A stretch of DNA of 64,000 bases from an uncultured Methanosarcinaceae archaeon (GTDB lineage: Archaea > Halobacteriota > Methanosarcinia > Methanosarcinales > Methanosarcinaceae). Each line of letters begins with the position of its first letter. Within the stretch, counting starts at the first letter, position 1. The translations under genes were made by a program, and so were the position numbers. The stretch spans positions 320,001 to 384,000 of the forward strand of contig CAVSHT010000004.1 of the NCBI GenBank assembly GCA_963727895.1. Reading direction: 5' to 3'. The notes under the pieces were generated by a model. The model saw nothing but the letters and a program-made list of their open reading frames with translations, made no database searches and had not been told where the DNA came from. This document shows, piece by piece, positions 11,848-23,072 of the stretch.

Positions 11848-12704
11848 GGTTCCGTTGCAAAAAATCTTAGAATAAGCCTGTAAATCTATGAATAATGAAT
11901 AAAAGTTAAAATATTCAAAAAGATATGTCAATATTATAGAACTATTCCAAATAATTGATTAATATATTTAGCTTCATTAAAGCCAGAGTAATTTAAGTTC
12001 TTGATTTGTCCTTTTTTAATCATATTCATAGCTTCAATTCCTTTTAAAGTTTTAATGGCTGTATGAAAAGACTGAAATCCTAACATTGGATTAACTATTC
12101 GTTTAATGGATCTATGATCCTGTTCTATAATGTTATTCAAATATTTGATTTGTCGAATGCCTACGTTTATAGGTAGTATTTTATCATTTTTCAGTTTATC
12201 TATAGCAGGTGGATAAGCTGGATTTTTGTCAACTGTGATTACTCTTGGAATTTGATTATGATTAGAGTTCAAAGCTTTCTTAAAGAAACGTTTTGCTGCT
12301 TTTTTATTTCGTTTTGCACTTAACATGAAATCAATTGTATCTCCATTTGAGTCAACTGCTCGGTAAAAATATTTCCATTCACCTTTAACTCTGATATAAG
12401 TTTCATCAACTCTCCAAGAGTCGTTTGTTGGTCTTAAATGCCTTCTGACCTTCTTTTCGATTTCAGGTGAATATTGATGTACCCATCTCATAATGGTTGT
12501 ATGGTTGACTATTATCCCTCTTTCTGCCATCATTTCCTTTAAATTTCTATAACTAAGTGGGTATTTTAAGTACCATCTAACATTCAATAAAATAATTTCA
12601 CCAACAAAGTGCTTCCATTTAAAGGAATTAGATAGCATATCACTATCTTTGATTTCATTTTTATTTTAATTATATCCTTAGCAGATATTTTTTGCAACGG
12701 AACC
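11848..12704 (-). mobile_element. IS6-family element, copy A (transposase 11934-12638)
   Basis: Terminal IRs GGTTCCGTTGCAAAAAAT; 234-aa DDE transposase (WRVDETY, TVDK, NNIIEQDHR). Confidence 0.96.
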
Positions 12705-13042
12705 GTTTTTCTGAAGACGTGCTTTCTAAAGATATACTTTTTAGATCTTTGCTTTTAAGTAGCTTTATTTCTTGAATTGTAGGCATGATACGTATTTACT
12801 TCCATTAAATATTCCTTTCTTATTTATATTTCTATTAATATTATATTTAATTAATACTAATGAGTAGTAATACAAATCGAAATTGAGACTTTCTGCAACT
12901 TCTGGGTTTTTGATTTCAGTCAATAGAAAGTAAGATAAATAGCAAAGTTTAGTGACTGCAGAAAAGTCAAAGTCTCTAAAAACAATCGATTGTATTATCA
13001 AAAACAAATTTTTGCTCAGTATTTATAAAAGGGGGTAGTTAA

Positions 13043-13279
13043 ATGCACGAAGAACAAGCGATGGAGCACACTTCAGGACATTGTAGGTTACCTATTGACG
13101 TGTTAAAAGAGTTAACTGCAGAACAAAAAAAGGAACTTGCAGTTATGTACATAGACATGAAAATATTATTTTTTGAAACGAGAATTAAAGACATGGAAAA
13201 TACTATTGAAATGAAAAAAAAGATAATAGCTAACTTGAAAAAAGCTCAAGATGTTCTGAAATATGGAAAGACCTATTGA
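13043..13279 (+). CDS. Small hypothetical coiled-coil protein
   Basis: GGGGG RBS-like stretch, 78-aa ORF with heptad-like pattern. Confidence 0.55.
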   Translation: MHEEQAMEHTSGHCRLPIDVLKELTAEQKKELAVMYIDMKILFFETRIKDMENTIEMKKKIIANLKKAQDVLKYGKTY

Positions 13280-13389
13280 AATGAAAAAAAGTTATGTTGC
13301 AGTAAGAAATCTTAACCTAAGTTTGATCGAACCATACAATTAAAAAACGGATTAAAATTGTAGCATTGTAAATTAAAGGGAGTGGAAAA

Positions 13390-13659
13390 ATGATTAAACA
13401 AATATTTGGTAAAACAAAAAAGACATTAGCTATTTTACTGATAGTTTTATTCATTCTATCAGTAACAGCTACGGCAATAAATGCAAAAACGGACATGAAA
13501 ACTTCAGGGATTAAAGATGTAACTAAGACTACAATAGCAGGTAAAAATGCTACTGCAACTAAGACAACAATAGCAGGTAAAAATGCTACTGCAACTAAGA
13601 CTACAATAGCAGGTAAAAATGCTACTGCAACTAAAGTCACTGTGACTAAGAAAATCTAA
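13390..13659 (+). CDS. Small secreted Thr/Lys-rich protein with three 12-aa repeats
   Basis: Basic N-terminus plus hydrophobic signal; (TKTTIAGKNATA)x3. Confidence 0.7.
   Translation: MIKQIFGKTKKTLAILLIVLFILSVTATAINAKTDMKTSGIKDVTKTTIAGKNATATKTTIAGKNATATKTTIAGKNATATKVTVTKKI
13521..13634. repeat. 36-bp in-frame tandem repeat, ~3.2 copies
   Basis: AACTAAGAC(T/A)ACAATAGCAGGTAAAAATGCTACTGC. Confidence 0.9.
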
Positions 13660-14063
13660 GACTGTCTTATAATTCCCCAGTAAAAATTAACATTCAATTC
13701 TTTATAATTTCAAGTCATTTTTTTATTTTGATTTGTTTATTATTTTTTTAGACTTGATAATAGAAGAAATTGAAAACAATCCATCATATAAAGGAAATCT
13801 GTTCATCCAGTTTTAATTGATGAGGACTTTTCAGGACTTTTCACATCAAGTGCTTTTACTTTTCCTAATTTATTCCAAGAAATGTTTTTTCATAGGTATT
13901 GGGTAGTTTGAATATCCAAGTTCTGTAGATAAAGTTTTTCATGCTTAACGCATGTGCTAAAGACTCATGAGGGTTTATACAGAGCCTTTTTTAGAGTTAT
14001 TTTTACATTGCCTCTTATAGCGCAATTAAGAGTAAATTAATAAAAAGAAAATAGACCTCACAG

Positions 14064-14768
14064 TCAAGATAAATCCGAAACGACAACTTTTCTCCCAAAC
14101 ATCACTGCAAAATGATAGAATTTATATACACAGCTAACATCACAAAAACCTGCTTCTTTAAGCCAGTTCATTTGTTGGTCTAATGTTGATTCTTTATCAA
14201 GCTTAATTCTTTCATAACCAGCAAGGATTTCTTCTTTAGGCAGGCCACTGTTTTCTATATAATGTCTCCATATATTTTTGTTAAGGGTTTCTATAAAAGG
14301 AGTTTCTCCATATACCTGATCAGCATTAATAAAAATCCCATTTTTTTTGAGTAAAGAATAACTTTTTTTGTAAATTCTCTTTTTTTCTTCATCTTCTAGA
14401 TGATGGATAGATAAGGCTGAAACTACCAGGTCATATTTTTCAACAAAAGAATATTTTGAATAATCGGCTACAATATATTTTACATTTGATTTCCCCTTAA
14501 ACCGGGATTTTGCTATATCCAACATCTTTTCCGATATATCAATAAGGGTAAATGAAGCATCTGGATATCTTTCCATAAGAAATGCTGATAAAAGTCCTGT
14601 TCCAGCTCCTATATCCAGTATTTTTGGATTTTCCGTATCTATGGATGCTGTGGATACTGATACTCCATAAAAATCATCGAAACAAGGAATAAACTTCTTT
14701 CTCTGCCCATCGTATTTTTGTGAAATATCATCAAATTTTCGTTGGATTTCGTTCATATTTTTCCCCAA
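14064..14768 (-). CDS. Class I SAM-dependent methyltransferase
   Basis: ILDIGAGTG, VSALSIHHL, GIFINADQ; start may be ATG at 14756. Confidence 0.88.
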   Translation of the reverse strand: MGKNMNEIQRKFDDISQKYDGQRKKFIPCFDDFYGVSVSTASIDTENPKILDIGAGTGLLSAFLMERYPDASFTLIDISEKMLDIAKSRFKGKSNVKYIVADYSKYSFVEKYDLVVSALSIHHLEDEEKKRIYKKSYSLLKKNGIFINADQVYGETPFIETLNKNIWRHYIENSGLPKEEILAGYERIKLDKESTLDQQMNWLKEAGFCDVSCVYKFYHFAVMFGRKVVVSDLS

Positions 14769-15104
14769 AGTTTTGCATATTTATTTTTAACCATCATGTT
14801 GCCAGAAATTCTAAAACTTATTTAATACAGGTGAAATAATACCTATATTCATAACATAATAATAGTTCGTATTTATCTATAGTTACTCAATGAATCGGAA
14901 ACTCTTAATAAATTTATTTAAACTTTCAAATGAGTATTTCTAGCGACAAAGATATAACAAAAAAGTGAGTCTATAAAACTAGAATTTTTTGAAATTTTAT
15001 CTTTTGATCTTCCTAGTAATACTAAAGACCGAAATATCTAAATATTAATTTCTGCGCTGTCACAGAACAATTTAAACTCTTTAATTAAATAAACTGGTTC
15101 AGAT

Positions 15105-15911
15105 ATGAATTCAACAAATTCAGACTTTTTGAAATTATCTAGGGAGGCTTTTAAAGCCGCGTCAGATTCTATATGTGATCTCGCAGGTACTGATGCTGCA
15201 AGTAGTTTTATTTGTATGGGAGCTGATGGAACTCCTACTACCAAAATAGACCTTGCAGCAGAGGATGCTATTGTTGAAGTCCTAAAAGAAGACGGCAGGT
15301 CCATGAGAATTATCAGCGAGGAGCTCGGAGAACTTATTTTAGGAGATTCACCCGAGTTTTCTGTTGTTCTGGACCCACTTGACGGGACATATAATTCTTC
15401 TGTAGGGATTCCATTTTACAGTGTGTCTCTAGCCGTTTCTTCTCATGACCTCTCAGATCTCAGGTTCGGATATGTGAGTAACCTTGCATTACGCGAAGAA
15501 TACTATGCAGAAGCTGGAAAAGGAGCTTATCTTAACGGGAAAAAAATAAAAACTTCTGTTAATTCGGAACTGAAGAAACTATGTGTCAGTGTTTACGGCT
15601 ACAGGCAAAATGTAGAAAGAACCCGAAAAATAGCTAGTAGTGTCAGAAGAGTGAGGTTATTTGGGAGTGTAGCCCTTGAGCTTTGCTATGTAGCTTCAGG
15701 TAGGCTTGATGCTTTTGTAGATGTCAGAAATGCTTTGCGTGTGACCGATGTGGCAGCAGGACAGTTGATTCTGGCTGAAGCAGGAGGGCTTGTTACGGAT
15801 GGATACGGAAATTCTTTAAGACTTCCCGATAATGTTACTTCAAGAGTGGAAATGATCGCATCCAATGGACACGTACATAAAAAACTTTTAAAATTGCTCT
15901 CTGGGGGATAA
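15105..15911 (+). CDS. suhB: Bifunctional inositol monophosphatase / fructose-1,6-bisphosphatase
   Basis: GADGTPT, SEE, DPLDGTYN, GSVALELCYVASG, DVAAG. Confidence 0.9.
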   Translation: MNSTNSDFLKLSREAFKAASDSICDLAGTDAASSFICMGADGTPTTKIDLAAEDAIVEVLKEDGRSMRIISEELGELILGDSPEFSVVLDPLDGTYNSSVGIPFYSVSLAVSSHDLSDLRFGYVSNLALREEYYAEAGKGAYLNGKKIKTSVNSELKKLCVSVYGYRQNVERTRKIASSVRRVRLFGSVALELCYVASGRLDAFVDVRNALRVTDVAAGQLILAEAGGLVTDGYGNSLRLPDNVTSRVEMIASNGHVHKKLLKLLSGG

Positions 15912-15912
15912 G

Positions 15913-16740
15913 TTGGCGATAAAGAAAATAGGAATAGCTGCGCGCTGCGACAGGCCTGAAGTAATTGAAAAGGTAAGAGAGATTCTTGCCCACTTCAGCT
16001 CGAAGGTTAAAATTTTTGTCGCCACACCCACGGCTGAGGTACTCGGAATAGAAGGCACTCCAGTTGAAAGAATGAGGGAAAAAGGAGTGGAACTTATCAT
16101 CAGTGTAGGAGGCGATGGCACAGTTCTCCGAAATATTGCTAAGATGAAAGATCCTCTTCCTATACTTGGAATCAACATGGGTACATTAGGCTTTCTTGTA
16201 GACGTTGAGCCCGAAAATGCTATTGAAACTATAGAAGAAGTGCTTTATGGTTTTTCGTACCTCGAGAGAATGCGAGTTGATGTCTTCCTTAATCGAGAAA
16301 TGATTGAAACCGCAACGAATGAGATTGCGATAATGTCTGCAAAGACAGCAAAGATAATCCAGTTTGAAGTTTATGTAGATGACTGTCTTCTCGACTCAAT
16401 ACGTGCGGATGGTGTCGTTTTTGCAACTCCTACAGGTTCTACTGCTTATGCAATGAGTGCAGGCGGTCCTATTATAAGCCCCAGAGTAAATGCAATAGTA
16501 GTTGTTCCTGTAGCTCCTTTTAAACTTTCCTCAAGGCCCTGGGTAATCCCCTCAGATAGCGAAATCACAATAAAGCTATCAGCTCCAAAAAAAGAGGCGG
16601 TTATTGCAATTGATGGACAGAAGTCTTACAGGATCAAGCCTGATGATATTGTCAAACTTAAAAAATCCAAATTTCCTGCCCGTTTTGTGAAGATCTCAGA
16701 TGCCTGTTTCTATGAAAGGGTGCAGAGAAAGCTTACTTGA
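15913..16740 (+). CDS. nadK: NAD kinase
   Basis: GGDGT, GINMGTLGFL, ATPTGSTAYAMSAGGP. Confidence 0.95.
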   Translation: MAIKKIGIAARCDRPEVIEKVREILAHFSSKVKIFVATPTAEVLGIEGTPVERMREKGVELIISVGGDGTVLRNIAKMKDPLPILGINMGTLGFLVDVEPENAIETIEEVLYGFSYLERMRVDVFLNREMIETATNEIAIMSAKTAKIIQFEVYVDDCLLDSIRADGVVFATPTGSTAYAMSAGGPIISPRVNAIVVVPVAPFKLSSRPWVIPSDSEITIKLSAPKKEAVIAIDGQKSYRIKPDDIVKLKKSKFPARFVKISDACFYERVQRKLT

Positions 16741-16752
16741 GAAAAACTTTTA

Positions 16753-17681
16753 GGTTCCGTTGCAAAAAATTCAAAAAAATATGTAAATCTATGGCATTGT
16801 TAATTAAACATAGTTAACTCTTTATTTCTGTATTTCATCAATAGAATAACCGAGTACTTTAGCATTTCAAGACTTTTTGTATAACACTTTGTCTTTCTTC
16901 TCAATCTTGCTAGAAAATGCCTCAATATGCTGTTATATCCCTCAACTGTAAATGTTTCTGCTTTTGATTGAGTATGACTCTTTTCTGGAAGAAACTCTGC
17001 ATATGCTCTCCAGTGATCTGTCATTACTTCTCCAATCTCTTTTTTCTTCACTTTTTCCCAGAGTAGTTTTCCAGTTTCTGTTCCTCTGCTACCAAAAGAG
17101 CAGTTGATGAACTTTTTCCCAACTCTATCAACAGCAATCCAGATCCAGCAATATTTTTTTTGTTACCGATGTAAGTGTGCATTTCATCCATTTCAACAAT
17201 AGATATCTCATTTTCACTTTTTAGGTCCTCTAACTCCTGACCAAATTTCTTTATCCATCTTTGGACAGAAACATGACTCACCCCTAAAAATCGTCCTATT
17301 GAACGAAAGCCCAATCCTTCAAGATAGAGTTGTAAAGCCTGTCTTTTTACAAAAGCGGAAAAAGCAGTTGATTTTAGCTCTACTGTATAGTTATAGCCAC
17401 AATCAGAGCATTTGTACCGTTGACGCCCGCCAACTATACCGTTCTTTTTGTGACTGGAACTATTGCATCTGGGGCAGTTAATGAAGAAATATACTTTCTA
17501 ATAGTATATAACTATGTTTAAGTATCAAAGCCAAATCTATAAGTAATGAGTAGAAATCAAAATATTCAAAGAAAATATATCACTAGTAAAGAACTATTCT
17601 AAATAATTGATTAGTATATTTAGCTTCATTAAGAATAGAGTAATTAAAATTTTTTATTTGTCCTATTTTAATCATGTTCAT
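16753..17681 (-). mobile_element. Diverged IS6 3'-end relic interrupted by IS1
   Basis: GGTTCCGTTGCAAAAAAT at 16753; after the IS1 the sequence resumes as a diverged transposase C-terminus (MNMIKIGQIKNFNYSILNEAKYTNQLFRIVL). Confidence 0.85.
16793..17532 (-). mobile_element. IS1-family element, copy 2, with 8-bp target duplication AAATCTAT
   Basis: GGCATTG...CAAAGCC ends; AAATCTAT at 16785-16792 and 17533-17540; InsA start codon reads ATT. Confidence 0.92.
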
Positions 17682-17895
17682 GTCCCTTTTGCATAACCCT
17701 TACGTCTTCCAATCCAATAGTCTGCCCACCTACTCCCCAGCTTCCGCTCTTTACTTCCTGAACTACTACCAATGTATAACTACGGAGACTTTCTCCTATA
17801 AACGAGACTATAACATCTGTTATGTCCTTGATGAGCTTCTCTTTCTCGTTAGTGGATAATACACCTTCAATGAGTTTGATATCAACTAATGGAAT
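17668..17895 (-). CDS. 4-oxalocrotonate tautomerase-family protein with ATT in place of the start codon (possible pseudogene)
   Basis: (I)PLVDIKLIEGVLSTNEKEKLIKDITDVIVSFIGESLRSYTLVVVQEVKSGSWGVGG; Pro1 and WGxGG motif; GGGGGA upstream. Confidence 0.75.
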   Translation of the reverse strand: MPLVDIKLIEGVLSTNEKEKLIKDITDVIVSFIGESLRSYTLVVVQEVKSGSWGVGGQTIGLEDVRVMQKGHEHD

Positions 17896-18077
17896 TTTTT
17901 CTTCCCCCTAATCTACTAACCTATCTTTTTTTCTTGTTTTTATTTGCAAAATATTACAATGCTATCCATCTATAATCTTACAGCATCTTTTTTAAATCCC
18001 TAGCCCAAATGTTTATACACGAAAAATAAACAGTATAACAGAGTATAGATTCTGTTTTCCTCTTATGTTATTGCAAA

Positions 18078-18118
<41 letters not shown>

Positions 18119-18145
18119 TAACTAATATGAAAATTTAAAAAATAT

Positions 18146-18887
18146 GGCATTGTTACTTAACTATATTTAATTATTTATTTCTGTATTTCATCAATAGAAT
18201 AACCGAGTACTTTAGCATTTCAAGACTCTTCGTATAACACTTTGTCTCTTTCTTCTCAATCTTGCCAGAAAGTGCCTCAATATGCTGTTATATCCTTCAA
18301 CGGTATACGTTTCTGCTTTTGATTGAGTATGGATCTTTTTTGGAATAAACTCTGCATATGCTCTCCAGTGATAGGTCATCACTTCTCCAATCTCTTTTTT
18401 CTTCACTTTTTCCCAGAGTAGTTTTCCAGTTTCCGTTCCTCTGCTATCAAAAGAGCAGTTGATGAACTTTTTCCCAACTCTATCAATAGCAATCCAGATC
18501 CAGCAATATTTTTTTTGTTACCGATGTAAGTGTGCATCTCATCCATTTCAACAATAGATATCTCACTTTCACTTTTTAGGTCCTCTAACTCCTGACCAAA
18601 TTTCTTTATCCATCTTTGGACAGAAACATGACTAACCCCTAAAACTCTTCCTATTGAACGAAAGCCCAATCCTTCAAGGTAAAGTTGTAAAGCCTGTTTT
18701 TTAACAGAGGCGGAAAAAGCAGTTGATTTTAGCTCTACTGTATAGTTATATCCACAATCATGGCATTTGTAGCGTTGACGCCCGCCAACTATACCGTTCT
18801 TTTTGTGACTGGAACTATTGCATTTTGGGCAGTTCATGAAGAAATATATGTTATAAGCACATATATCTATTTTTGTTTACCAATGCC
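18146..18887 (-). mobile_element. IS1-family element, copy 3, with 8-bp target duplication AAAAATAT; InsB C-terminus frameshifted
   Basis: GGCATTG...CAATGCC; AAAAATAT on both flanks; 2-bp insertion near 18248 gives RRKRQSV. Confidence 0.92.
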
Positions 18888-19005
18888 AAAAATATAAGTA
18901 AGAATCAAATTCTTAAACTTTGCTAAGACTAAATTTTGGTAAAATGTGCTCTGAATTTATGCATAGGTTTTATCGTAAAATCTATTTCTTTATGGAATAC
19001 AAGAT

Positions 19006-19226
19006 TTTATTCCAGTCGAATACCCAGCTAGCTTGCTGCGGGGATGGAAACTTCCCCGATAACCGTTGATGATAACATAATTTACCAATTCCATTTTTTG
19101 GTTGCTAACTTCTGCTCAAACTAAATTGTTTAGGGTTATTATTTCCTTTAACGGAGTTCGAGCGGTGGCGTGAATATAACCCCCCCATTGCTTGCAGCGG
19201 GGTGCGCCAGCACAACTTTGATTTTT
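19006..19226 (+). mobile_element. Non-autonomous IS200/IS605-type miniature element
   Basis: Left CAGTCGAATACCCAGCTAGCTTGCTGCGGGG and right CTTGCAGCGGGGTGCGCCAGCACAACTTTGAT hairpin ends; same ends at 62865-63039. Confidence 0.6.
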
Positions 19227-19550
19227 ACATATGACTTTTAACTGAAAATTTATTCGTGAAAACTGAAGTATCTAATTTAATTTTATATTTATTTTGATTT
19301 TCGATAAACCATTACCGGAAATTCAATTCCTCCTAGGAAAACATTTATACATATGAAGGTAAAGCTATGCTTAATTTTGACAAGATACAAGATTTTCTGA
19401 CTTTTAGGGATGTTTGAACCCATTATTTGCTTATCCAGCCTTTGAGTTATTTTTTAGACAGATTATCTATATATCATAAAAAATAATTATGAAATCTAAA
19501 TTTATCAGGAAATACCTCACAATAATTAAAAATCACAGGATGTAATTGTA

Positions 19551-20768
19551 ATGTCAGAGAGCGAGCAGTATTCCAGAAATGAACTTATGGATTTTATAGA
19601 ATATCGCCCCCTAGATATCGAACTCTGTGACGTGACTTTACGCGATGGAGAACAGACTCCTGGCGTTGTGTTCACGAAAGAACAGAAGCTGGCTATGGCC
19701 AGTGAACTTGATTCTATGGGTGTCGAGGTTATAGAAGCCGGATTTCCAGTAGTTTCTACAAATGAGAAGGAAACCGTTAAGGAAATTACAAATCAAGGCT
19801 TAAATTCAAGAATCTGCTGCCTCTCAAGAGCAGTAAAAGGAGATGTAGATGCTGCCCTTGAATGTGATGTTGATATTGTGAGTATCTTTATTGCAATGTC
19901 GGACATGCATCTCAAATACAAGTACCACCGAAGTTTTGAAGATATGCTCGACTGCGCCAAAGAAACTATTGAATATGCAACCGACCATGGCTTAAAAGTA
20001 CGTTTTGCAGCTGAAGACGCAAGCCGAACTCCAATCGACCGCCTTAAAAAAGCTTTCAAGGAAGCAGAAAATGAATATAAAGTGCAGTACGTAAGCCTTG
20101 CAGATACTATAGGTATTCTTAACCCTACAACGACTCACTATCTTGTTAGCGAAATATTCAAGGAAGTCAATACCTCAATCTGTATTCACTGCCATGACGA
20201 CCTTGGGATGGCTACTGCAAATACTCTTGCAGCCGCCGAAGCTGGAGCAAAACAGCTCCATATTACCGTTAATGCAATCGGAGAAAGGGCAGGAAATGCT
20301 TCCCTTGAAGAAGTAATGGTTGCACTAAGGGTTCAGTACGGAATAGACCGCTATGATACCACAAAACTGACAGCTCTTTCTAAAATGGTCTCGGAATATT
20401 CAGGCATCACACCTTCCATAAATAAAGCTGTTGTCGGACAAAATGCCTTTACCCATGAGTCCGGAATCCACGTCGCAGCAATCCTTGAAGAGCCGCGTAC
20501 CTATGAACTATTTCTCCCAGAAATGGTTGGCGGGAAACGCAACCTTGTTGTCGGAAAGCATACAGGCACAAAAGCTCTTAAAGGTATAATTAACAGCATA
20601 GGTTTCTGTCTTGAGCGAGAGGAACTCTGTTCCCTGATAGATAAAGTCAAGGTCTGCACCGAAGAAAAACATAAAAGCATCTCAAGAGAACAGCTTGAAA
20701 AGCTGATTACACAGGTCAGACAGGAAAAAAAGACTAATGAAAAAGGAGAAGAGAAGTTTTCTATTTGA
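19551..20768 (+). CDS. aksA: Homocitrate synthase family (AksA-like, coenzyme B pathway)
   Basis: [40 protein letters not shown]; 405 aa without LeuA regulatory domain. Confidence 0.75.
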   Translation: MSESEQYSRNELMDFIEYRPLDIELCDVTLRDGEQTPGVVFTKEQKLAMASELDSMGVEVIEAGFPVVSTNEKETVKEITNQGLNSRICCLSRAVKGDVDAALECDVDIVSIFIAMSDMHLKYKYHRSFEDMLDCAKETIEYATDHGLKVRFAAEDASRTPIDRLKKAFKEAENEYKVQYVSLADTIGILNPTTTHYLVSEIFKEVNTSICIHCHDDLGMATANTLAAAEAGAKQLHITVNAIGERAGNASLEEVMVALRVQYGIDRYDTTKLTALSKMVSEYSGITPSINKAVVGQNAFTHESGIHVAAILEEPRTYELFLPEMVGGKRNLVVGKHTGTKALKGIINSIGFCLEREELCSLIDKVKVCTEEKHKSISREQLEKLITQVRQEKKTNEKGEEKFSI

Positions 20769-20879
20769 GAATCTTCTCTCCGTTTGAAAACTTTTGGTTT
20801 AGTTTTTTATTAATTTCCATTTTTTGCTATTGTTTATTATTTCTTTTAGATTATAATTTACTATTCCGTTCAGCAAAAA

Positions 20880-21324
20880 TTAAGAAATGTATGTGGAAGT
20901 CCACTCTGGTCTATTAGGTGGGTTTGCCCCCAACATTTATCTCCATTTTTCATCGGTCAGGCAGTCAGACATGGGCTGTTTGAACTCATAGTAACTCACA
21001 ACGGGCCCTGCTCCTAGAAGTATCCTGCCATCAGGAACTTTGTAAGCCACAATCACCATATCCACGTATCCTGTTCCTTCCTCAAGCACGGTTTCCGTGT
21101 TCCCATCGGTATGAACATCATCCACAACTGTGGTTTTGCTGGCTTTCTCATCAACGTCCCCTACAGTGCCTTCAAGCTGATCTCCTAAATTTTTGATAAA
21201 TTCGTACTCTTCATCGGTCAGTTTTTTATTTTCGAGTTCCTTTTCCAAAATTTTCTGAAGCCTGGAAAGTATATCCTCAAGGTTCTCAAGTCTTGACTTT
21301 GAAACCGAATCAAGCACTCCCATT
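20880..21324 (-). pseudogene. C-terminal fragment of DUF3160-type protein, cut by IS6
   Basis: DVHTD...VLEEGTG...GPVVSYYEFKQPMSDCLTDEKWR* then MLGANPPNRPEW; abuts IS6 copy B. Confidence 0.7.
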
Positions 21325-22181
21325 GGTTCCGTTGCAAAAAATATCTGCTAAGGATATAATTAAAATAAAAATGAAATCAAAGATAGTGATATGCTATCTA
21401 ATTCCTTTAAATGGAAGCACTTTGTAGGTGAAATTATTTTATTGAATGTTAGATGGTACTTAAAATACCCACTTAGTTATAGAAATTTAAAGGAAATGAT
21501 GGCAGAAAGAGGGATAATAGTCAACCATACAACCATTATGAGATGGGTACATCAATATTCACCTGAAATCGAAAAGAAGGTCAGAAGGCATTTAAGACCA
21601 ACAAACGACTCTTGGAGAGTTGATGAAACTTATATCAGAGTTAAAGGTGAATGGAAATATTTTTACCGAGCAGTTGACTCAAATGGAGATACAATTGATT
21701 TCATGTTAAGTGCAAAACGAAATAAAAAAGCAGCGAACAGATTCTTCAAAAAAGCTTTGAACTCTAATCATAATCAAATTCCAAGAGTAATCACAGTTGA
21801 CAAAAATCCAGCTTATCCACCTGCTATAGATAAACTGAAAAATGATAAAATACTACCTATAAACGTAGGCATTCGACAAATCAAATATTTGAATAACATT
21901 ATAGAACAGGATCATAGATCCATTAAACGAATAGTTAATCCAATGTTAGGATTTCAGTCTTTTCATACAGCCATTAAAACTTTAAAAGGAATTGAAGCTA
22001 TGAATATGATTAAAAAAGGACAAATCAAGAACTTAAATTACTCTGGCTTTAATGAAGCTAAATATATTAATCAATTATTTGGAATAGTTCTATAATATTG
22101 ACATATCTTTTTGAATATTTTAACTTTTATTCATTATTCATAGATTTACAGGCTTATTCTAAGATTTTTTGCAACGGAACC
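21325..22181 (+). mobile_element. IS6-family element, copy B (transposase 21391-22095)
   Basis: Same IRs, intact 234-aa transposase. Confidence 0.96.
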
Positions 22182-22547
22182 AAAGAAAGAATGTTTATTT
22201 ATAGAGAGGTCAAAACAATTAAAAATAAATACAAACAAGAGATGGATGAGAAACAAGTGAAAATAAATGCACTGAATAAAGAAAGAAAATGAATAAAATG
22301 TCGCTCATTAGTTTTTTGGAAAATTGTCAGAAATCGGATTGAGTGAGTTCCGAACAAAAATTGCAAGTTCCTTATAAAATGCTCATGATTTGCAATTCCA
22401 ATCCTCAAACCAAGGTTGCGACTCTTTTATAAAGACGATCTGCAATGTTTTTTTCTTGTATGATATTTATAAAATATGACATTTATAAAAATAAATATGT
22501 CTTTTGTGAATAATCATTGATCAATTATAATATTGATAATATTGGAT

Positions 22548-22772
22548 TTAATAACGGATTGGATTAGAACCATACCTTGTACCTTTTTTCGTTTCTTCTT
22601 CCACCTTTGTTTCGTGAGATACAGTTGAATCAGTTTGTTGTTCCTCTTTTACCTTTATTTTATGCCAACCGCACAAACTGCAACCTTTTTTGTAATGCAT
22701 AATATGTTTTACAACACAAGCAAATCCTATGGTTGCTAAGGTATAACCCACTACTTTAGTCAATTTATGCAC
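22548..22772 (-). CDS. Small hypothetical protein with N-terminal hydrophobic anchor
   Basis: GGAGTGAG RBS, GTG start, TM-like segment, CSLC, charged tail. Confidence 0.5.
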   Translation of the reverse strand: MHKLTKVVGYTLATIGFACVVKHIMHYKKGCSLCGWHKIKVKEEQQTDSTVSHETKVEEETKKGTRYGSNPIRY

Positions 22773-23072
22773 AGTTACTCACTCCATACTATTATTGTAC
22801 TTTATCCTTTATGAAGCTAAGCAAATATATAGGTTTATCATAAGCCTAGTGTAGAAGAAAAAGAATAGTAAAAAGCAATCTCTATTCAAAAACAGATTTT
22901 TCTTTACTATACTGACGAGAAACCTACCCAACTTCATCCAAAAAAGCCTCTATGAAGTATAAATAAGTTTTTCTATTTGAGCCAATAGGGACACAAATAT
23001 CAGAATGAATTAAACCTTTATCCAAAACCATCTGTTTCATCTCAATCGGTTTAGAGATTATTCATTATCCCT

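Noticed and set aside
13317..13640. Hydrophobic repeat ORF (VLVAVAFLPAIV)n
   Set aside because: Antisense shadow of the secreted repeat protein, which has the RBS and signal peptide
22098..22292. Recurrent MTYLFEYFNF... ORFs (also 37170, 41084, 58139-58354)
   Set aside because: They start inside the IS6 end and run into arbitrary flank; artefacts of the element
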